This document shows, piece after piece, positions 57,758 to 64,000 of a stretch of DNA of 64,000 bases. The DNA is taken from contig OY759316.1 of assembly GCA_963662275.1 (NCBI GenBank), forward strand, positions 1,920,001-1,984,000. Direction: 5' to 3'. Position 1 is the stretch's first letter, and the number at the start of each line of letters is the position of its first letter. This DNA comes from Candidatus Cloacimonadales bacterium (GTDB lineage: Bacteria; Cloacimonadota; Cloacimonadia; Cloacimonadales; DAONDQ01). The translations under genes were made by a program, and so were the position numbers. A model generated the notes under the pieces. That model was not told the DNA's origin. It saw only the letters and a program-made list of their open reading frames with translations, and searched no databases.

Positions 57758-58876
57758 TTATCTAATTCTTTTCCGGAAAGTAAGAACGCTTGTAGTAAAA
57801 ATGGTAATACCGATCGCAGCCATGGGTATAGCTGAAGTTAATAAGTCTGATAGTGAACTTCCTTTCTCAAAGACACTTCGCATTATATATATGAAGTAAC
57901 GCATTGGATTGATAAGCGTAACTCGTTGCATAACAAGAGGCATATTCTCAACAGGAACGAAAAGACCACTCAAAAGAATCATGAAAAGCATAAAGAACCA
58001 GGAAACAAACATAGCTTGCTGCTGTGAGTTAGTGATAGTAGAAACAAGCAATCCCAATCCCAATGTCGTGAAGAAGAAAATAGAAGCGAGAAATGCAAGC
58101 AATAGATAACTTCCCTGCATATGGATGCCGAATACTACTTGAGCTACGAGAAGTACTACCATCATCTCAAAGAGACCAAGCAGCAGGAATGGAATGAGCT
58201 TCCCCAGCAACAGTTGATACTTCTTCAAAGGTGTGACCAGAAGCTGCTCTAGTGTACCGATCTCCTTCTCACGGACGATATTCATAGACGACATCATGAG
58301 TGTCAGGACGGTCAGCAGGATGACGATAAGACCAGGTACCATGTATTGCGAACTGTTGAGATTCTCATTGAAGCGCATCCTGTCCTGGATTTGCACCATA
58401 TGTAATACAGGCTTGGGCATGTTTTTCGGTAAACCTGGATTAGTCATGGCAAATTGAGTCAGTATTCTATCCATATTGCCCATGGCAATCATTGCTGAAT
58501 TGCCATCGAGACCATCTGCAATGATCTGGAGGGATGGCTGTTGTAAACGATTCAAGTCTCTCGAAAAATTGCTGGGAATGACCAATGCAAGCTGTGCTTT
58601 CCAATTATGAATCATTTTCGAATATAACTCTGGGTTTGATTCCACTCCAACAACATCAAACCGATCCGTATGAGAAAAGGATTCAATCAATTGCTGACTA
58701 TACATTGAACGATCCTGGTCAGCGATGACAAGTCTCACATGCTTCACATCCGTAGTCACAGCAAAGCCCATAATCAGCATTTGAATCAGGGGCATACCGA
58801 AGATAATCATCAGCATTTCTCTTGTACGAAAGATTTGGGTGAATTCCTTTTGAAGAACGTAAAATAATCTATGCAT
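57758..58876 (-). CDS. ABC-2 transporter permease (YbhR-like)
   Basis: KEF.Q..R, REKEIGTLEQLLVTP, multiple TM helices. Confidence 0.9.
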   Translation of the reverse strand: MHRLFYVLQKEFTQIFRTREMLMIIFGMPLIQMLIMGFAVTTDVKHVRLVIADQDRSMYSQQLIESFSHTDRFDVVGVESNPELYSKMIHNWKAQLALVIPSNFSRDLNRLQQPSLQIIADGLDGNSAMIAMGNMDRILTQFAMTNPGLPKNMPKPVLHMVQIQDRMRFNENLNSSQYMVPGLIVILLTVLTLMMSSMNIVREKEIGTLEQLLVTPLKKYQLLLGKLIPFLLLGLFEMMVVLLVAQVVFGIHMQGSYLLLAFLASIFFFTTLGLGLLVSTITNSQQQAMFVSWFFMLFMILLSGLFVPVENMPLVMQRVTLINPMRYFIYIMRSVFEKGSSLSDLLTSAIPMAAIGITIFTTSVLTFRKRIR

Positions 58877-58884
58877 TTGAATCC

Positions 58885-60015
58885 TTAACTGTGCGTTTTA
58901 AATCGTTTCCAGGCGATTGTGAGCATGAATGAGGACATGATGACCAAACATATAGCGGGGAAAGACAACTCAGCCAAAGTATTGCCTTTGATTAGGATTC
59001 CCCTGATGATCATGAGGAAATACCGCGCTGGTACAAAGTAGCTCATACCCTGCAGTATCACGGGCATGGAACGTATCGGGAAGATAAACCCTGAAAGCAT
59101 CAGTGTTGGCAACAGCGTTGCTACAAGGGCAAACATCAGAGCTGTCTGCTGTGATTTGGCTATCGTTGAGATTAGTATTCCCAGCGAAAGGGCTGTAATG
59201 ATGTATAAAAGTGTTAAAAAGACACAGAGGATGAGAGAACCATTAAAAGGAACCTGGAACAGGAATATTCCTACACAAAGTACTAGGCAGGCATCCAGGA
59301 AAGCTAAAAGAATATAGGGCATTACTTTCCCGAAGATAATCTCTTCCGAACGGATGGGGGAGACGAGTATCTGTTCCATTGTGCCTAATTCCTTCTCCCT
59401 GGCAAGTGCTATACTGGTCAGTAATGCAGAAATCATGACAAGCAGCATCGCCAGGATACCGGGAACAAAGAAGTAAGAGCTTTTCAAATCGGGATTGTAC
59501 CAAACACTATGGCTGATACTAAAAGGTAGCTCCGGCTGTATTGACGGTTGTAGCACTGACTTCAGGCGGTATTTCGAATTAAACGAATTGATTACTCCCA
59601 AACTGTATATCTTCACCAGGTTTGCTGCATTCGGATCAGAAGCATCAATCAGCAATTGAACATCGGTTAAAGCTATACGTTGGAAGCTTTCACTGAAATC
59701 CTTCGGAATGATGAGGATTGCATTCGTCTTCCCTGAAAGAAATGTTTGCTCTACAACAGAGATTGGATCTTGGGTCATAATCACATGAAAGTACTTACTG
59801 CCTTGGAATTCCTCAATCAATTGCTTGGAAGCCATGGAATGTTCCATATCAATGACTTGCATTTGCACCGTCTGCAGTTCCATATTTAAGGCATAACCGA
59901 AAATGATGAGTTGGAATATCGGCAATAGAATAACAACAGCTAATGTCATTTTATCGTTGATGATATGGATGAACTCTTTGTGCATTACGGCAAACATTCG
60001 TCTGTTAAACAGCAT
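58885..60015 (-). CDS. ABC-2 transporter permease (YbhS-like)
   Basis: Start at ATG 60015 (MLFNRR); WYNPDL, REKELGTMEQILVSP. Confidence 0.9.
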   Translation of the reverse strand: MLFNRRMFAVMHKEFIHIINDKMTLAVVILLPIFQLIIFGYALNMELQTVQMQVIDMEHSMASKQLIEEFQGSKYFHVIMTQDPISVVEQTFLSGKTNAILIIPKDFSESFQRIALTDVQLLIDASDPNAANLVKIYSLGVINSFNSKYRLKSVLQPSIQPELPFSISHSVWYNPDLKSSYFFVPGILAMLLVMISALLTSIALAREKELGTMEQILVSPIRSEEIIFGKVMPYILLAFLDACLVLCVGIFLFQVPFNGSLILCVFLTLLYIITALSLGILISTIAKSQQTALMFALVATLLPTLMLSGFIFPIRSMPVILQGMSYFVPARYFLMIIRGILIKGNTLAELSFPAICLVIMSSFMLTIAWKRFKTHS

Positions 60016-60763
60016 GATCCTGTTCCTTTTCACGCGTTTGGACAAGTGATATAAATACATCCTGCATGGAAGTCTTTTTCATTTCCAGTTTCAGGTTTCG
60101 CGGGTTATCGAGGGCAATTGTCTGACCATCCTTCATAATGAGCACTCGATTGCAATATTCAGCTTCATCCATGAAATGCGTGGTAACAAATATCGTCTTA
60201 CCTTCATTCGCCCTTTCATAGATGATATCCCAGAAGTTTCTGCGTACCTGGGGATCGACACCAGAAGTCGGTTCATCGAGGAAAAGGATAGGTGGATTAT
60301 GTAAGAGAGCGCAACCCAATCCAAGACGTTGTTTGAAGCCAATTGGCAGGGAGGCGATTCTTCGTTTCTGAATATCTTCAAGTTTTAAGAGAGATATGAT
60401 TTCCTGCTTTCTAGCTGCCAATTCCTTGCCATGTAATCCATAAATCCCACCAAAGAACGTGAGGTTTTCCAAAACTGAGAGATCATCATAGAGAGAAAAC
60501 TTTTGGCTCATGTAACCAATATTCTTCTTGATCATTTCACTCTGGGTACGAATGTCATAACCAGCAACAGTACCGGAACCGGAAGTTGGTTCCAGCAAAC
60601 CGCAGAGCATTCTTATCAATGTCGTTTTCCCTGCGCCATTAGCACCCAGGAAACCAAATATCTCACCTTTTGTTACTTCCAGGTTAACCTTGTCCACAGC
60701 GGTGAATTTGCCGAATTTACGAGTGATGTCGGTGGTTGTTACACTTAATTCAGATGTTTTCAT
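60005..60763 (-). CDS. ABC transporter ATP-binding protein
   Basis: GANGAGKT, YMSQKFSLY, LDEPTSGVDP. Confidence 0.92.
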   Translation of the reverse strand: MKTSELSVTTTDITRKFGKFTAVDKVNLEVTKGEIFGFLGANGAGKTTLIRMLCGLLEPTSGSGTVAGYDIRTQSEMIKKNIGYMSQKFSLYDDLSVLENLTFFGGIYGLHGKELAARKQEIISLLKLEDIQKRRIASLPIGFKQRLGLGCALLHNPPILFLDEPTSGVDPQVRRNFWDIIYERANEGKTIFVTTHFMDEAEYCNRVLIMKDGQTIALDNPRNLKLEMKKTSMQDVFISLVQTREKEQDHAV

Positions 60764-60883
60764 GTGAACTTCCCTGGAAATTGGTTTTCGCTACCGAATA
60801 TGAACATGTCGATTCTGAAGTCCACATGCCCTTTAAGCAAGATATTCAAAGCAAATGAGTTTGGGCATATGAACTCCAAAATC

Positions 60884-61807
60884 TTAGTTTTCATGAGTGT
60901 TATCTCCCATTGTGAGGAACACATCTTCCATGGAAGCAGCAATGGGTTCAAAACTTATTAAATTTGAATTGCTGCGTGTTTTGAAATCTTCCCACATCTC
61001 ATTAGTTGGATTGTTCTTGAACGCCAAATGCAGTGAATCACCGAATAATTGAATAGAAACAATATTCTTCTCTCCAAGAAAGAAATCACGCATGGTATGA
61101 ATATCCTTGGCGATCACAGAATAAAGCGAATAAGGGTATTGTTTGATGATTTCAGCAGGTTTTCCTTCCGAGATATTGATACCGCCCCTAATCAAGGTAA
61201 TCTTTCCGCACTGCTCCGCTTCTTCCATATAAGGGGTGGAAACCAGCATTGTGGTTCCCTGACGGTTGAGTTCATGCAGAATTTCCCAGAATTCATAACG
61301 GGACACCGGGTCGACACCAAAGGTCGGTTCATCCAATATCATGATGGCTGGCTCATGCATGAGATTACATGACAATGCCAGCTTTTGCTTCATACCACCG
61401 GATAATTGTCCCGCCTTTCTTTTTCTGAAAGGTCCTAGGCGAGAGAATTCATAGAGATTCTCCATTCTTTGCTTTTGAAGAGAACGATCCACTTGAAATA
61501 AATCCGCAAAGAAACGTAAGTTCTGTTCAACCGTTAAATCCTGGTAGAGAGAAAAACGCTGTGGCATATAACCTAAAATATTTCGAATGGAAGCTGAGTG
61601 TTTACAGACATCCATATCTCTGACAGTCATTGTGCCTTTATCAGGTTTGATCAATGAACATAACATGCGCATCAATGTGGTCTTACCTGAACCATCAGGA
61701 CCAATCAGTCCATACAGGCATCCTTTTTCCACTTGCAGGGAAAAGTCTTGCAAGGCTTGATTGGCTTCAAAGTTCTTCGAGATACTCTCAATCGAGATAT
61801 CAATCAT
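60884..61807 (-). CDS. ABC transporter ATP-binding protein
   Basis: GPDGSGKT, LSGGMKQKL, LDEPTFGVDP. Confidence 0.92.
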   Translation of the reverse strand: MIDISIESISKNFEANQALQDFSLQVEKGCLYGLIGPDGSGKTTLMRMLCSLIKPDKGTMTVRDMDVCKHSASIRNILGYMPQRFSLYQDLTVEQNLRFFADLFQVDRSLQKQRMENLYEFSRLGPFRKRKAGQLSGGMKQKLALSCNLMHEPAIMILDEPTFGVDPVSRYEFWEILHELNRQGTTMLVSTPYMEEAEQCGKITLIRGGINISEGKPAEIIKQYPYSLYSVIAKDIHTMRDFFLGEKNIVSIQLFGDSLHLAFKNNPTNEMWEDFKTRSNSNLISFEPIAASMEDVFLTMGDNTHEN

Positions 61808-62706
61808 TTGGTTATTTCCGGGTTCGGTAGCTTCACTTCCACAGGCATACCCTGTTTCAGGATAACATTGGGATTCATGACTTTGACTTTCACGGCATAA
61901 ACAAGAGAGGAACGAGTCTCAGGAGTTAAGACGTTCTTTGGTGTGAATTCAGCGACAGTGCTTATCCATTGTATCTGTCCCTTATATTCTTTGTTGTCAC
62001 CTTCCGTAAGAATCGTGACTTCCTGTCCCATTTTCAGGGAATTCAGCAGTTTAACAGAAACATAAACCTTCACATTCAATTCTCTCGTATCGACGATCTG
62101 CACGATGTTCCCAAGGGGAGGAATTGCTTCCCCCGGCTGGTAGTAGAGGGTGGTTATTGTTCCTGTCGAAGGAGACTTGATAATTGAATCACGAAGCTTT
62201 TTCTGAATTGAAGCTATTTGCGCATCCAGTTGTTTTATGTTTCCTTGGATTTGCTTCAAGTTTTCGGTGCTGTTGTAATAAACCGAAGTGATCTTTTCCT
62301 TTTGATTGGTGATATCATCCACCGCTTGTTGGGAAACAGCTTGGGTTTGATATAGCTGCTGAGTTCGGGTGTATTTTTCATTCACATATTTTATGTCTTT
62401 ATCTGCTTGAATGACATTGGTTTTTGCGATCATCTCATTAGCAGCAAGTACAGACTGGTTGGCTTGAAGCTGCTGCAATTGGTAGTGAAGGTCTTCCGTG
62501 TCGATAATAGCAATTGTAGAATCTTTTTGAATGAATTGTCCTTCATCAACCAGTACCTGGTTAATTTTTCCTCCTGTAAGTGCTGGTACCTGTATTGTTA
62601 CACCATCGAGAGTACCGGAATAGACAAGTTCTTTCGTTTTGTGAGAACATGCAGAAAGAATCAAAATCAAGAGTACTGAGAAGAAGGGTATAAGAGGCTT
62701 TGTCAT
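61804..62706 (-). CDS. HlyD/YbhG-like periplasmic adaptor (lipoprotein)
   Basis: LSAC lipobox, lipoyl-hairpin pattern, AEFTPKNV.T...R..LVY.VK, LKQGMP. Confidence 0.9.
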   Translation of the reverse strand: MTKPLIPFFSVLLILILSACSHKTKELVYSGTLDGVTIQVPALTGGKINQVLVDEGQFIQKDSTIAIIDTEDLHYQLQQLQANQSVLAANEMIAKTNVIQADKDIKYVNEKYTRTQQLYQTQAVSQQAVDDITNQKEKITSVYYNSTENLKQIQGNIKQLDAQIASIQKKLRDSIIKSPSTGTITTLYYQPGEAIPPLGNIVQIVDTRELNVKVYVSVKLLNSLKMGQEVTILTEGDNKEYKGQIQWISTVAEFTPKNVLTPETRSSLVYAVKVKVMNPNVILKQGMPVEVKLPNPEITK

Positions 62707-64000
62707 TATTGTCCTCCAGTGCCGAATTTTCCAGTTAAAATATCCATCTGGAGCTGATATGTAATGAGATTGATGTATTGTTGCTGTAGGTTCAGTTGAG
62801 ACTCAGTGAGTATCTTTTCGCCAGTGCTCAGGTCGAGTGCGGTCACTTGGTTTTCCCTGAAACGGTCTTGAAGCATTTTGTATCTTTCTGCTTCCTGTTC
62901 TACAAGTCTATTCTGCAGGTTGATTTGATCAAAAGACAATTCCATATTCTTATAAGTTTCAGTAACCTGTTGCTCAAGATTCTGCAGAGCCTGCTTCTCT
63001 TGTAAATCCAATCTTGTTCTTTCAATGTGCTGTTGTTCGACTTTACGATAATTTGCTTTCCAGTTCCACACTTCCCATTGAAATCCCACACCAACGTTAT
63101 AGTAATTCATCCATTCCGTGCTAAATGAATTAGTCCCTGGTTTTGCTTCATGATATGTAAATGAGCCAACTAGTTGAGGATACAATGCTGCTTTTTGAAT
63201 TTTGATCAGGTTATCTTGCAGTTTTTTCTGAATTGAAATCTGCTTGATCTCAATATTCTTGTTTCTTGCTAATTCCATGAAGATTGACATTGAGCCCCAT
63301 GCCATTGGTCTCCTCGAGAGTTCAAGAGTTGTTGGGGCATAAGTATGGGTATCATCATTGATGAAATTATTGAATTTGAGAAGAAGAATGTCCTCTGATT
63401 GCTGGGAACGTCTTATCTGAGTATCAATGGAAAATATTCTGTTAGATACTTCCAAAGTATCGAAAGGAACTGCTTGTTTCGCAATAAGCAATTGCTTCTC
63501 AAACATAAGCTGGTTCAATGCCCTTTCACGGCTTTGCTGCAAAATGTCACGGGAGAGTCTTGTCGCCTGGATTTGTAGATAAAGAGACCCGACACCCAGA
63601 CGAAGCTGATTGCGTGTGCTTTCCATCTGGTTCTTCTGCGCTAAGTACTGGTTCTGGCTCATTTGGTAAGATTCTCTTACCCTGAAACCTGCAAACAGCA
63701 CTTGTTGAATACTGACATTCGCATCATAACGTTCCTTGGATTGCATCACTAATGCTGGTAAGGGAGTAAATTGAAGTCCGGCTTCCTTCGAATTATACGA
63801 ATAAGAACCATTTGCTAATATTGTTGGATAGTAAGAAGCATTCTTGATTTCTTTTTCTAGTTCCATGCTTTCAAGTTTCTGGTTCATTTGCTGGATGGTC
63901 AGGTTTTGCGTTGCTGCTTTATACATCGCTTCTTCCATCGAGATGGCAATGGCTTCAGCAGCGAACAAGCCGGGTAAAACCAATAACATCATCAGAGAAA
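62706..64000 (-). CDS. TolC-family outer membrane efflux protein (5' end possibly beyond the window)
   Basis: 428 aa ORF with two YP-containing TolC repeats, at the head of the HlyD/ABC operon. Confidence 0.85.
   Translation of the reverse strand, partial: SLMMLLVLPGLFAAEAIAISMEEAMYKAATQNLTIQQMNQKLESMELEKEIKNASYYPTILANGSYSYNSKEAGLQFTPLPALVMQSKERYDANVSIQQVLFAGFRVRESYQMSQNQYLAQKNQMESTRNQLRLGVGSLYLQIQATRLSRDILQQSRERALNQLMFEKQLLIAKQAVPFDTLEVSNRIFSIDTQIRRSQQSEDILLLKFNNFINDDTHTYAPTTLELSRRPMAWGSMSIFMELARNKNIEIKQISIQKKLQDNLIKIQKAALYPQLVGSFTYHEAKPGTNSFSTEWMNYYNVGVGFQWEVWNWKANYRKVEQQHIERTRLDLQEKQALQNLEQQVTETYKNMELSFDQINLQNRLVEQEAERYKMLQDRFRENQVTALDLSTGEKILTESQLNLQQQYINLITYQLQMDILTGKFGTGGQ

Overview
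AT-rich bacterial window, most consistent with Candidatus Cloacimonadota (inferred from the FlgD-Ig/'PNPFNP' C-terminal domain and the TPR-bEBP and cleaved-adhesin-rich secretome). The first half (<1-32604, minus strand) is a tandem array of at least 7 paralogous 1200-1700 aa secreted modular proteins (beta-helix or cleaved-adhesin/choice-of-anchor-J N-termini, LamG core, optional nidogen-like domain). The six complete members share a short C-terminal 'FYxVxA' domain. The array sits behind a small receiver-like ORF and a sigma-54 promoter. Next come a pseudogene remnant of an FGE-sulfatase/DGR-target-like gene, a TPR-AAA+ sigma-54 activator with its own sigma-54 promoter and a large FN3/FlgD protein, a fused type IIG/ISP-like restriction-modification gene, and another LamG/FG-GAP surface protein. 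A tyrosine-recombinase + IS91-like transposase element with bulged terminal inverted repeats separates that gene from its sigma-54 promoter, which is a spacing-identical copy of the array promoter (two TGGTC-N6-GACC palindromes). A second TPR-bEBP, a threonine dehydrogenase-like SDR and a TolC/HlyD/ABC efflux operon end the window. Intergenic regions are full of REP-like hairpins and heptamer repeats. All calls were read by eye; no database searches were run.
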